Virus record (IMG/VR): IMGVR_UViG_3300045972_000138 | Location: 62,001-126,000 of that record | Strand: one strand, 5' to 3' | Length of the DNA stretch: 64,000 bases | Part shown: positions 26,547 to 35,708 of the stretch, piece by piece | Numbering within the stretch: position 1 is the first letter of the stretch | Layout of the letters: each line of letters begins with the position of its first letter | Translations under genes and position numbers: made by a program | Notes under the pieces: model-generated | What the model saw: only the letters and a program-made list of their open reading frames with translations | Told to the model about the DNA's origin: nothing | Database searches by the model: none

Positions 26547-29381
26547 ATGGATCAAAAAAGCGAGTTTAGCAAATGGATGAAGACTATAGAATCTGCCTTA
26601 TCGGGAGAAACTAAAGTCGATGAAGAGATTCTTGAACAAGGGTCGTGCGGATGCGGAGCGTGGAATTGTCCAGATTGTTTCCCAGATGATAACAACGAAT
26701 TAGGTGGCCTAGAAGGTAAGCAGATCAAGGCTACTATTGTTATTCAGCCAGAAGAAGGTGAGTTCGGTGAAGAAATGTTGCAACAGCAAGGCGACGAAAT
26801 GCAGCAGCAGCAACAACAAGCACCGCAACAACAAGGTGTTGGTATGGCAGGAACACATCCTGTCGGTCAAGGCACATTCGATCATGACGAAGAAGATGAC
26901 TTAGATGTTTCTATGCCATTGTATGGCGAAGAAGGTATCGAGGAAGAAGGCGACGATACTGATGTAGAATTAACACAACAAAAATTACCACGTGCAGAAG
27001 GTGGCGGTGTTAAGTTAGGTGACATTGTTCAGAAGTATGTTCCGTTAGATAATGAAGACGGTGAAGAATCTACATTAAGCGATGGCAGCGAGCTAGACGA
27101 AGAAGGTGAAGAAGGCAACGAATTTGCACAAGATTCTAGCGATGATGCATCCGATGTAGCTACTATGCAAAATAATAACAGCACAGGCCCTGATTTTTCG
27201 CAGGAAGATAAAGATACTCAAATCCAGCAAATTATGAATATGCAGAGTATGGGTTTCAGTAATGCCAATGCAAGATACACACCAGAACAACTCGAGATGA
27301 TGGATGATACACAATTTAAATCTGTTCATCAACAAGTTTGCGGTGGTGTTCAAGAAGCTACAATGACAGCAGCCGATGACGAAGATAGACCAAAGCCTAC
27401 AAAAACAAGAACAAAGCGCCGTGATGACTTGGATGCATTCGATGATATATTAGGTGGGGGAAATGATCAGCCACTTGATCAATATAAAGAACCAGGTCAG
27501 CAACCAGGTGCCGATGCTCCAGCAGCAGGCCGTTTACCTAATATGCGTACAGCATCCGCACATGCAACACGTAGAGCAACAGGTAATATTGGTGTAGACC
27601 AAGAAATGATGGGATGGATGAATCGCATTAATCCAAATGCAGGCGCAGGCGAACAAGATATTCCGCAAGAACCAGTAGAACCAACACAAGATGTTACTGT
27701 TCGTAATGCACAAGATGTTCCTAGTATTATTAGCAATGCTATGCAGGCAGCAGGCACAGCATCGCCAGAATGGCACACAATAAACAACTTACCAGGTTAC
27801 AATCACCGCAATGTTCGTGGTATGGGTCGTAATGTGTTTGGTATGTTTACATCTACTCCGCTAGAACAAATTAAAACTATTGCCAATGTAAATGGACAAG
27901 GCCCGAATACGGATGCAGAAATTCGCGCTGTAGCTTCTTTCCTCATTAACAATGCAGACGACTTAGGTGAAGTACATTTAAGCCACGGTGAAGCTATTCC
28001 AGGCTATGAGCCAGATGTTAAAGAATATAGTATCGACGGTGTACGTTTCCACGTTGTTAGAGACCCAATGGGGCAGTACATCTACGCATATCCAGATGCA
28101 GATGCACGCATAAATACAAACAGAGCAAGATTAGGCGGGCAAGGTGGGGAACCACAGGCCCAAGGAAGATTACCGGGCGGTCGCCCACAAATACAACGCG
28201 AAGGATCGGAAATGAAATTTAAATTATCTATAACAGAAGCAATTAAACTTGACGACATTATAAGAGAAGGTTTAAGCGATATAGCGAGAAATGTTCTTAC
28301 TGAATCAGAAATTGACGAAGCAAAAACAGGTGCTGAATATCGTGCTCACCAAGGAGATAAAAAGAAAGCAGCAATGGCAGCACGCGGCGCCGGTATGCCA
28401 CAAGGTAATTATCCTCTATCACGCAGACTAGGCACTAAGCCAGGCGGCAAAGCATTGATTACTTGGATGCACAAAGGTCACAAGTTGTCAAATGAAGCAG
28501 AGTTAGAACCTGTACCATTTGATAAAGAAATTATGAATAAGCAATTTAAGTCACACCCTGATGACTTTGTAATTGTTTCTGCATCTAACGGTGTTGCAGG
28601 TATTAAGCCTTCTAAAGAACACTATGATCAGAAGAGAAAGACACAGCCAAGTTATAGCGGTGCAAACGACTCTACTTTGCCTTACCAAATTGTTGCGTTT
28701 AAAGACAACGGTGAGCAAGTTGATCCAACATTGTTACAGCCAAGACAGCGTGGCGAAGTTGAAAAGATTAAGCAACGTATGGGTAAACTACGTGGCGCAG
28801 ATATGCAAAACGAAGATAACATTTTCAAATTGCTACAAGATCAGATCGGTACATTGCAAACTGTATGGATTTCTGGTTTTGGCGGTTTCCGCGGTGATCC
28901 AGATTCGGTAAGAGAACCAACCGGTTCTGTTGAACGTGATAAAATGGCTAAACGTGCAGACATGAAGAAAGGTCCTGCAGACTTAGATCAGAACCAAGCA
29001 TTGAAAACTGTATTTAAACGTGTACGCCCTGTTATGAAGAAATTGGCTGCTGAAGCTATGTCTATGTTAACTCGTAGCGCACAACGCAGCATGAATGGCG
29101 GCGATATGGAAACAGCACAAAAGTTAATGACTCGTGCTACAAAACTAAAACAATTTGGTGCCATATTAGATACAACAGCTGATATTAATTTAGATGGTAA
29201 CTACGGTAGCAATACACGCGACTTTACAAATCAACTTCAAAATGCATTAGCAAAATCTGCAAATACTCGAGTAGGTACACCAGAGTACAAGGAATTCTTA
29301 AATGCAGCAGCCCAAGGTAACGCAATGGCCCTTAAGCCAGTACTTGATGCACTTAGAGATAATCTTGTAGAGTTGCAATAA
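26547..29381 (+). CDS. Large acidic late protein, putative head-internal polyprotein
   Basis: 944 aa, E/D/Q-rich, CGCGAWNCPDC motif, internal RBS+ATG at 28212. Confidence 0.75.
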   Translation: MDQKSEFSKWMKTIESALSGETKVDEEILEQGSCGCGAWNCPDCFPDDNNELGGLEGKQIKATIVIQPEEGEFGEEMLQQQGDEMQQQQQQAPQQQGVGMAGTHPVGQGTFDHDEEDDLDVSMPLYGEEGIEEEGDDTDVELTQQKLPRAEGGGVKLGDIVQKYVPLDNEDGEESTLSDGSELDEEGEEGNEFAQDSSDDASDVATMQNNNSTGPDFSQEDKDTQIQQIMNMQSMGFSNANARYTPEQLEMMDDTQFKSVHQQVCGGVQEATMTAADDEDRPKPTKTRTKRRDDLDAFDDILGGGNDQPLDQYKEPGQQPGADAPAAGRLPNMRTASAHATRRATGNIGVDQEMMGWMNRINPNAGAGEQDIPQEPVEPTQDVTVRNAQDVPSIISNAMQAAGTASPEWHTINNLPGYNHRNVRGMGRNVFGMFTSTPLEQIKTIANVNGQGPNTDAEIRAVASFLINNADDLGEVHLSHGEAIPGYEPDVKEYSIDGVRFHVVRDPMGQYIYAYPDADARINTNRARLGGQGGEPQAQGRLPGGRPQIQREGSEMKFKLSITEAIKLDDIIREGLSDIARNVLTESEIDEAKTGAEYRAHQGDKKKAAMAARGAGMPQGNYPLSRRLGTKPGGKALITWMHKGHKLSNEAELEPVPFDKEIMNKQFKSHPDDFVIVSASNGVAGIKPSKEHYDQKRKTQPSYSGANDSTLPYQIVAFKDNGEQVDPTLLQPRQRGEVEKIKQRMGKLRGADMQNEDNIFKLLQDQIGTLQTVWISGFGGFRGDPDSVREPTGSVERDKMAKRADMKKGPADLDQNQALKTVFKRVRPVMKKLAAEAMSMLTRSAQRSMNGGDMETAQKLMTRATKLKQFGAILDTTADINLDGNYGSNTRDFTNQLQNALAKSANTRVGTPEYKEFLNAAAQGNAMALKPVLDALRDNLVELQ

Positions 29382-31439
29382 ATGAATTTAGCAAGAAAAT
29401 TAATTGAAGCATTCTTAACGGAAGCTGCCTTAACAAAAGGTAGTCAACGTGTAATGGCTGATAAGAAATTAGTTGCAGAACTTGCTGCAACAATACGCGA
29501 CGATGTAATGACAAATCCATCGGCCTTCCCGCCCGGATCAAAGATGACATTTAAAAAGTCAACCGATCAGCAGTTAGCCGAGTGGTTCTTAGAAAGTATT
29601 GATAAAATCGAGGCCGAAGGTTACGAAGGCGTAAGATACTCACGCGATGGTGTAAACAACGACTGGATCGTTAGAAAATACATTGCCGGCGGCCATAGCT
29701 GGGAAGACATTACAGGTGTTATGAATATGAATCTTCGTGATTGGTATATTCTTAAAAATCGTAATATGCTGAATGCTAATCATACTAATGTTCCGGCATT
29801 TAAGGGTGTTAGAGATATTGGTTATTATATGACAGGCCACTACGGTGACAAATTAGAAGATTTGCGTAAGGCCGCTAAATTTGCTGCACAAGATAAAATG
29901 GCAAAGACAGTTAAACTTGTCGATAACGACGATTATAGAATTTTTACCGTATTAAATCGCTGGGGCGGTGTAGTTGTTGGTCGCGGAACACAATGGTGTA
30001 CAGCTAATTCAAACTACGATGGTAACTTCTTTCAATATGCTAATCGCGGAATGTTGTTTCAGATTTTTCCTTACAAGGAAGAGAAGAATGACGAATCGGG
30101 AGAAATGGAATTAGTTCGTAATAAGGCTGAAGCATATCAATTCGATGCCGGTGGTCCAAACATTAAGAACATAACAGACATTGATCCGAACAAAGAACAG
30201 TTCAAGAAAACATATCCGTATGTATACAGCGATGTGAAAGCAGCGTTAGAAGCTAACGCAGGCAAGATTGAAGAAGAAATAGCAAAAATGGCAGAAAATC
30301 CAATGTATGCCAATGATAAAGCTTTCGCACCAGTACCGTATGTAGTTTCGGATGAAGTTACAAAATTGCACAAATTAGTAGATCGTGGTTGGTTTACTGA
30401 AGATACACGTAAACGCCAACGTGCTCAGGCCGAAGAGCCAGCACAAGGCAACCCAACTATCGAACCAGCGCAAGGCGAGCAACCTGCACTACCGCCACCA
30501 CAGGAGCCACAAATGGAAAGTATTAAAGAACTAGCACAAAAGATGTTAGAAGATGTAACAATCGGACACATTACAAGACAATTCAAACCCGCTGGTACAG
30601 AGTTGTCTGATGCCGGTATGGATGCAGAGCAACCATATGATGAAGGCAAAATAAATCAATTAATGCAAACAAATGGCCTATCATGGGAAGAAGCATTCAG
30701 TACATTGTATGGCGAAGAATCTCAAGATTTAGAATTTGCTGAAGAAGTAGTAGACGAATGCCCACAGCTAGATGCAGCAAAAAGCAGATTAGCGCAGGCG
30801 TTAGGCGGAAATTCAGCAATGGAAGAAGATACACCACTACCTGCACCAGAAGCAGGATCAGTAGACGCTGGCGCAGTTCAGGCAGCAACAGGTGGCGGAC
30901 AAATGGCAGGTGGCGGAGGTGGCGGAGGTGGACAATATCCGCCCGGAACAGCACCATCAATGCCAGAATCAATACAACAAAAGGAAGTAGCAATGGAAAA
31001 AGTAGACAAAGACGTGGCAGCAATGCTTAACTCACTTAAAAAATATGACAAGCTAAACGAAAGCGTCTTAGGAATGGTAACATTGTCTATGGCTAAACCA
31101 AAGCTAGTCAGCGAAGAAAAAGATTTCTTCCACAACCCTAATGTGCCTGCAAATAAGCAGCTTAAGGCGCCACCAAAGGAAGTTAATCTTGATGAAGATA
31201 ACTTACCCGACGAGGAAGAGCTAGAAGAATCCGGTCCAGATAAGAGCAAGGTCCCTGCATTCTTACGCAAGGAAAAGGGCGGAGATTGGAAAACATCTAA
31301 GGATGATCTAGATAAAGAAGAAAATAAGAGCCCAACTACAAAGAAAGGCTTAGAAGATCTTAAGGCTAAGAAAGACATTAAGGAAGAAGCTGATCCAGAA
31401 GTAATGGAATGGATGAAGCGTTTTGCTAAGTTAGGTTAA
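29382..31439 (+). CDS. Late protein with GRGTQWCTA domain and acidic C-terminal modules
   Basis: 685 aa; internal RBS+ATG at 30513 and 30993. Confidence 0.75.
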   Translation: MNLARKLIEAFLTEAALTKGSQRVMADKKLVAELAATIRDDVMTNPSAFPPGSKMTFKKSTDQQLAEWFLESIDKIEAEGYEGVRYSRDGVNNDWIVRKYIAGGHSWEDITGVMNMNLRDWYILKNRNMLNANHTNVPAFKGVRDIGYYMTGHYGDKLEDLRKAAKFAAQDKMAKTVKLVDNDDYRIFTVLNRWGGVVVGRGTQWCTANSNYDGNFFQYANRGMLFQIFPYKEEKNDESGEMELVRNKAEAYQFDAGGPNIKNITDIDPNKEQFKKTYPYVYSDVKAALEANAGKIEEEIAKMAENPMYANDKAFAPVPYVVSDEVTKLHKLVDRGWFTEDTRKRQRAQAEEPAQGNPTIEPAQGEQPALPPPQEPQMESIKELAQKMLEDVTIGHITRQFKPAGTELSDAGMDAEQPYDEGKINQLMQTNGLSWEEAFSTLYGEESQDLEFAEEVVDECPQLDAAKSRLAQALGGNSAMEEDTPLPAPEAGSVDAGAVQAATGGGQMAGGGGGGGGQYPPGTAPSMPESIQQKEVAMEKVDKDVAAMLNSLKKYDKLNESVLGMVTLSMAKPKLVSEEKDFFHNPNVPANKQLKAPPKEVNLDEDNLPDEEELEESGPDKSKVPAFLRKEKGGDWKTSKDDLDKEENKSPTTKKGLEDLKAKKDIKEEADPEVMEWMKRFAKLG

Positions 31440-31443
31440 TACT

Positions 31444-31866
31444 ATGAAACTTGATGATATCAAAGAATCTGGTGATCCAAAAAAATCAAGCACAGGTGGT
31501 TCAGTAAAAAAGACTGATACCGGTACTGTTCATAAGGCCGGTGATAACTATTCTGGTAAATCTGCACCACGTAGCATATATAACGACGGAAAGCAAAGTT
31601 CTAAAATTTCCTTACCCGATGGCGGCAAAGGTAAGCACTTTAATGAAGCTACAGGTGATGCTAAGTTTGATGGAATGATGGGCAAAATTGCAGGTAATAC
31701 TGAGCCAGTCACACCACCAAGTGCAGCAGGCGATAGAGTACAAGATGCCGATCAAAATGGTCCAGATATGGAGACTATTAACGCACTAAATAAGATGATG
31801 TACGATATGCATACAACAATGCAGACTGCTAATCAATTAATGCAAAAGTTAATGAGAGGCAGATAA
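31444..31866 (+). CDS. Putative head-internal protein
   Basis: MKLDDIKES N-terminus; low complexity. Confidence 0.65.
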   Translation: MKLDDIKESGDPKKSSTGGSVKKTDTGTVHKAGDNYSGKSAPRSIYNDGKQSSKISLPDGGKGKHFNEATGDAKFDGMMGKIAGNTEPVTPPSAAGDRVQDADQNGPDMETINALNKMMYDMHTTMQTANQLMQKLMRGR

Positions 31867-31887
31867 TACATAATTTGTATTAAAAAG

Positions 31888-31910
31888 AAAAGGCACTCCG
31901 GTGCTTTTTT
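31888..31910 (+). terminator. Intrinsic terminator
   Basis: AAAGGCAC-TCCG-GTGCTTTTTT. Confidence 0.75.
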
Positions 31911-31911
31911 C

Positions 31912-31940
31912 TTGACTTTCGTTAAATTTAACTTTATAAT
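31912..31940 (+). promoter_or_regulatory. sigma70-type promoter
   Basis: TTGACT-17-TATAAT; spacer contains palindrome GTTAAATTTAAC. Confidence 0.75.
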
Positions 31941-31958
31941 ATATCAACGGAGGACTAT

Positions 31959-32735
31959 ATGTCACATAAAGAAGATTTCCTACAAAGTTGCCTTATCCTA
32001 GATACAGAAACAACTGGTAAAGATTATAAGACAGCAGAAATTATTGAAGCAGGGTTTGTTATTCGTGAAAGCGGTAGCTGGACTATTTTTCAAGAGTTGC
32101 ACAAACCTACAACAGGTAGTGTGCCACCAATGGTGCAATCTATTTGTTACATTACAAATGCAATGGTAGATGACAAGCCTACATTCATTAGTGCTAAAGA
32201 TACATTCCAGGCGGTAGTAGATGGCTATAGCAACGGTTATTTACTTGCACATAATCATTTCTATGATATGCGTGTATTGCAAAATCACGGTGTTGATACA
32301 TCACATCACAATTGGATTTGCACATGGCGTATGGCTAAGAAGCTATTTAACGGTGTCGAATCAATTGAAAGTACAAGTCTGCCATATCTTAGATTTGCGC
32401 TAGAGTTAGATGTTCCTATTGAAATGTACTGCCACCGTGCAGGTAACGATTCGTATATGACTGCAAAATTGCTGGAAGTTATGGTTGATTTGATGGAAGA
32501 GTCTAATCTACTAGATTTAGACAAACCGTACGGTCCACAAATTGCGTCATGGTCCAATGAACCTATTATCTACGAACGTATGCCATTTGGTAAGCACAAA
32601 GGCGAGTTAATGACAGATGTTCCTAAGAGCTACTGGATGTGGTGTGTCAAGAATATGGACTCTCTAAATGAAGAAGCCGATAACTTTGATCCAGATTTGG
32701 CAGCAAGCATTGAGAAAGCACTAGGCATCGAATAA
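31959..32735 (+). CDS. DEDDh 3'-5' exonuclease (ExoX/DnaQ family) with C-terminal MPFGKHKG module
   Basis: LDTETTG, AHNHFYD, HRAGNDSY, MPFGKHKG. Confidence 0.85.
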   Translation: MSHKEDFLQSCLILDTETTGKDYKTAEIIEAGFVIRESGSWTIFQELHKPTTGSVPPMVQSICYITNAMVDDKPTFISAKDTFQAVVDGYSNGYLLAHNHFYDMRVLQNHGVDTSHHNWICTWRMAKKLFNGVESIESTSLPYLRFALELDVPIEMYCHRAGNDSYMTAKLLEVMVDLMEESNLLDLDKPYGPQIASWSNEPIIYERMPFGKHKGELMTDVPKSYWMWCVKNMDSLNEEADNFDPDLAASIEKALGIE

Positions 32736-32986
32736 TGTTTGCAATACAACGCGAAGATGGCAAATATCTTTGCTATCACGATCCAAGAAAAGGACCTAGC
32801 GGATTTAGGAAGCAGGAAGAATGTGTTAACCTTTGGATAAACATATATCCTGCTTATCTAAATCGTAAGCGTGACCAAATGCGTAAGATTTATAAAACAC
32901 GCAAGATAAAGGTAGTTGAGTTAACACCTACTCAACTAGAGTACTTTACTTTTGTAAAATTACGTGGAATTACTGGCCGTTGTTAG
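32735..32986 (+). CDS. Hypothetical protein
   Basis: TAATG coupling. Confidence 0.55.
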   Translation: MFAIQREDGKYLCYHDPRKGPSGFRKQEECVNLWINIYPAYLNRKRDQMRKIYKTRKIKVVELTPTQLEYFTFVKLRGITGRC

Positions 32987-33359
32987 CGCGGCAAGAATCC
33001 ATTGCAGCAGCAGCCACAATAGCTTGTGCGTTAGGTTTATACTTTTGCACGTTAGAATTATATGGTAATCCAGCAGCAGCTAATGCATATTGTAAACCAC
33101 GATAGCCAGGGCTTTGTATTTCTTCACCAGTTGGTTTAGATGTATATGGTTTTTGAGGCTTACCGATGGGTGTTGTAAATACAGGAACTATATCTTCGTT
33201 GAACCATTGCTTAAAATGCTCATCGTAATATTCTTTATTTTTATCTTTGTACTTGACATCTTCAAGATTATAAAATTTATCCGAATCCGCACTTGCTTCT
33301 TTGTAAAAACGTGCTACAATATCTGTTGCGCTCTCATTGAGTATATCTTTAATCTTCAT
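32970..33359 (-). CDS. Late putative head-internal protein
   Basis: Start reassigned to MKIKDILNES, 5 nt after late box at 33365-33372. Confidence 0.65.
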   Translation of the reverse strand: MKIKDILNESATDIVARFYKEASADSDKFYNLEDVKYKDKNKEYYDEHFKQWFNEDIVPVFTTPIGKPQKPYTSKPTGEEIQSPGYRGLQYALAAAGLPYNSNVQKYKPNAQAIVAAAAMDSCRANNGQ

Positions 33360-33364
33360 AATAC

Positions 33365-33372
33365 TATTTATC
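33365..33372 (-). promoter_or_regulatory. Late promoter box GATAAATA
   Basis: TATTTATC on + strand. Confidence 0.6.
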
Positions 33373-33388
33373 TTATAGGAAACACAAA

Positions 33389-33985
33389 ATGCAAAATAGT
33401 CTAATCCCAATGGTTGTAGAACAAACTTCGCGTGGCGAACGTTCATACGATCTTTATTCACGCTTAATGAAGGAGCGTATTGTTTTCTTCCACGGCGAAG
33501 TAGAAAGCAATATGTGTAACGTGATCGTAGCACAGTTGCTATTCCTTGAAGCTGAAAATTCAGAACTTCCTATCAGTATGTATGTAAACAGCCCTGGCGG
33601 ATCTGTTTATGACGGATTGGCCGTATATGACGTTATGCAATACATCAAATGTCCAGTGCACACCTATGTAACTGGTATGGCAGCAAGTATGGGGTCGTTT
33701 ATTGCACAAGCAGGCGAACCAGGTCACCGCTATCTTATGCCACGTGCCATTACAATGATTCACCAGCCATCAAGTGGTACACGTGGTAAAGTGTCAGATA
33801 TGGAAATTGATTTGTACGAAAGTCTACGTATCAAGAAAGAGATGACAGAGCTATATGTTCAACACAATTCTAAAGGTGTAACATACGAGCAATTCCAGCA
33901 ATATATGGACCGTGATAAGTGGTTGACAGCACCAATGGCCTTAGATTTAGGTCTTGCTGATCAGATTGTTTCCAAGCGCGTCTAA
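33389..33985 (+). CDS. clpP: Clp protease proteolytic subunit
   Basis: [28 protein letters not shown] (Ser), MIHQP (His), MDRDKW (Asp). Confidence 0.95.
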   Translation: MQNSLIPMVVEQTSRGERSYDLYSRLMKERIVFFHGEVESNMCNVIVAQLLFLEAENSELPISMYVNSPGGSVYDGLAVYDVMQYIKCPVHTYVTGMAASMGSFIAQAGEPGHRYLMPRAITMIHQPSSGTRGKVSDMEIDLYESLRIKKEMTELYVQHNSKGVTYEQFQQYMDRDKWLTAPMALDLGLADQIVSKRV

Positions 33986-34005
33986 ACTTTAACAACCGCT
34001 AAAAT

Positions 34006-34036
34006 AAAAAGCTAGTGAGGAATCACTAGCTTTTTT
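34006..34036 (+). terminator. Intrinsic (bidirectional-type) terminator
   Basis: AAAAAGCTAGTGA-GGAA-TCACTAGCTTTTTT. Confidence 0.85.
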
Positions 34037-34037
34037 G

Positions 34038-34066
34038 TTGACTTTTTTGCTGCGTTGCAATATAAT
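34038..34066 (+). promoter_or_regulatory. sigma70-type promoter overlapped by PhaR-like box
   Basis: TTGACT-17-TATAAT; CTGC-GTT-GCAA at 34050-34060 in the spacer. Confidence 0.7.
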
Positions 34067-34118
34067 TTGCTAAATACATACTCAGTAGAAACACTGAGAG
34101 AAACCAAGGAAACACACA

Positions 34119-34289
34119 ATGTTACAAAAATTTATTGATCATCTTTTACAAAAAGATACAAAAGTACCAGAAGATTACGCACGTATGGTACGCGCAGAAT
34201 ATCGTAATGTCCCATTCGATTATGTTGAATACTTTTTAGAAACCAACAAACGCTTGCCAACACCATCGGAGTTACAAAATGCTTTATAA
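34119..34289 (+). CDS. Small hypothetical protein (56 aa), not in ORF track
   Basis: RBS AAGGA; MLQKFIDHLL...YARMVRAEYRNVP...PTPSELQNAL. Confidence 0.6.
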   Translation: MLQKFIDHLLQKDTKVPEDYARMVRAEYRNVPFDYVEYFLETNKRLPTPSELQNAL

Positions 34290-34464
34290 TATTATCGAAA
34301 AATTAAAACAGATATTTTCAGAGCCATCTGAGCAAAGTAAGTTAGATGCATTCATTGCACAGCAGCAGCCAACATCTGTAGGCGATGTAGAATATTGGAT
34401 TAATGTCTACGACCGTAGACAATATCTTGATCGCTCTTCTAGTTTTAGCTATCACATACGCTAA
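34279..34464 (+). CDS. Small protein, possibly DUF3563-like
   Basis: QSKLDAFIAQQQPTSVGDVEYWINVYDRR. Confidence 0.55.
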   Translation: MLYNIIEKLKQIFSEPSEQSKLDAFIAQQQPTSVGDVEYWINVYDRRQYLDRSSSFSYHIR

Positions 34465-34465
34465 T

Positions 34466-34585
34466 ATGAAGAATACATTATCTAAGGTAGTTCATACCAT
34501 AAAAGATATTAGCGGATTCCTACGCTATCTAAGCGTACAGAGATTACAAAACGCCAGGAAGAACAGCTTTCCTCGCTGGTTCTAA
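34466..34585 (+). CDS. Small basic peptide (39 aa)
   Basis: ATG immediately after previous stop. Confidence 0.4.
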   Translation: MKNTLSKVVHTIKDISGFLRYLSVQRLQNARKNSFPRWF

Positions 34586-34632
34586 TAAAACTACTGTTTA
34601 ATATAAATAGCATATAAAGCAAGGGAATAACT

Positions 34633-35361
34633 ATGACGCCACCATCTAAATTACTGTTAATAGCTGAAGCCATTAGATCACTAGTTGAATATGCTCAGAG
34701 TATTTTACTGAGTATTCCGCTTCAGTATATTTCAGCAAAAGGTGATGGCCATCCGGTTGTTATTTTTCCAGGGCTCGGAACATCCGATGGTTCAACACAT
34801 TATATTAGAAGCTTTCTAACAGGGTTAGGATATAACGTATATCCGTGGGGATTAGGTAGAAACTTAGGACCACGTGGGGGCATCAACAAACTAACATCTG
34901 TAGTTGTTGAGCGCATACGTGAAATATCTCTAGAAAACGGTGGGGCCAAAGTTAGTTTAATTGGTTGGTCGTTAGGTGGAATTTATGTTCGCGAAATTGC
35001 TAAGGCTGAGCCCGATTTGGTCAGACAGGTAATCACGCTAGGTACGCCATTTAAGGGTGCGCCAAATGCAACAAATGTTACAATGTTGTACGAACTATTA
35101 AGTAAAGATAAGAGTCATTTAGATCCAGATATTATTGAAGCTATTGCTAAAAAGCCCAATGTACCATTTACATCTATATACAGCAAAACAGACGGAGTGG
35201 TATCGTGGGAATGTTGCATAGAAGAACCATCTGATATCTCCGAAAATGTAGAAATACCGGGTGCAAGTCACTTAGGATTAGGACATAATACTATGTCTAT
35301 GCATATTATAGCCAACAGGCTAGCTCAACCACTCGGGAAGTGGCAGCACTATAACAAATAA
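34633..35361 (+). CDS. Alpha/beta hydrolase (esterase/lipase, PGAP1-like)
   Basis: FPGL oxyanion, GWSLGG nucleophile, TDGVV, SHLG; preceded by TATAAATA at 34602. Confidence 0.88.
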   Translation: MTPPSKLLLIAEAIRSLVEYAQSILLSIPLQYISAKGDGHPVVIFPGLGTSDGSTHYIRSFLTGLGYNVYPWGLGRNLGPRGGINKLTSVVVERIREISLENGGAKVSLIGWSLGGIYVREIAKAEPDLVRQVITLGTPFKGAPNATNVTMLYELLSKDKSHLDPDIIEAIAKKPNVPFTSIYSKTDGVVSWECCIEEPSDISENVEIPGASHLGLGHNTMSMHIIANRLAQPLGKWQHYNK

Positions 35362-35375
35362 TTGGTAATGCATAT

Positions 35376-35397
35376 AAAGGCGCAGTAATGCGCCTTT
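35376..35397 (+). terminator. Intrinsic terminator
   Basis: AAAGGCGCA-GTAA-TGCGCCTTT. Confidence 0.75.
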
Positions 35398-35417
35398 CGT
35401 TGTTTGTCAACCGAATT

Positions 35418-35446
35418 TTGACATATAAACAACATTATGTTAAACT
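35418..35446 (+). promoter_or_regulatory. sigma70-type promoter
   Basis: TTGACA-17-TAAACT. Confidence 0.65.
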
Positions 35447-35471
35447 GTAATATATAATATTTGGGAGAACT

Positions 35472-35708
35472 ATGGATAATAAAGACTTGTATGTACCTAT
35501 GAATGAATTAATAATGGATAAGGAGACACACTGGACTTTCACCACACTTCCTGCAACTTTTCCCAGGATAGCCCAACAGGGTATCATTATGTGGTGCGTA
35601 GATAATCTAGAAGGTCGTTGGACAATGCTTGGTGGTAACAAATTCGGATTCGAAGATGGCCAAGATGCGACAATTTTTAAAATGCAATTTGGTTACAATA
35701 ATGCTTAA
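35472..35708 (+). CDS. Small protein of FxDxxDAxxF paralog family
   Basis: WCVDNLEGRW...FGFEDGQDATIFKMQF. Confidence 0.7.
   Translation: MDNKDLYVPMNELIMDKETHWTFTTLPATFPRIAQQGIIMWCVDNLEGRWTMLGGNKFGFEDGQDATIFKMQFGYNNA

Noticed and set aside
26790-26830. CAG/CAA polyglutamine tract as a contingency repeat
   Set aside because: Short, imperfect and in frame within a low-complexity linker; no phase-variation potential.
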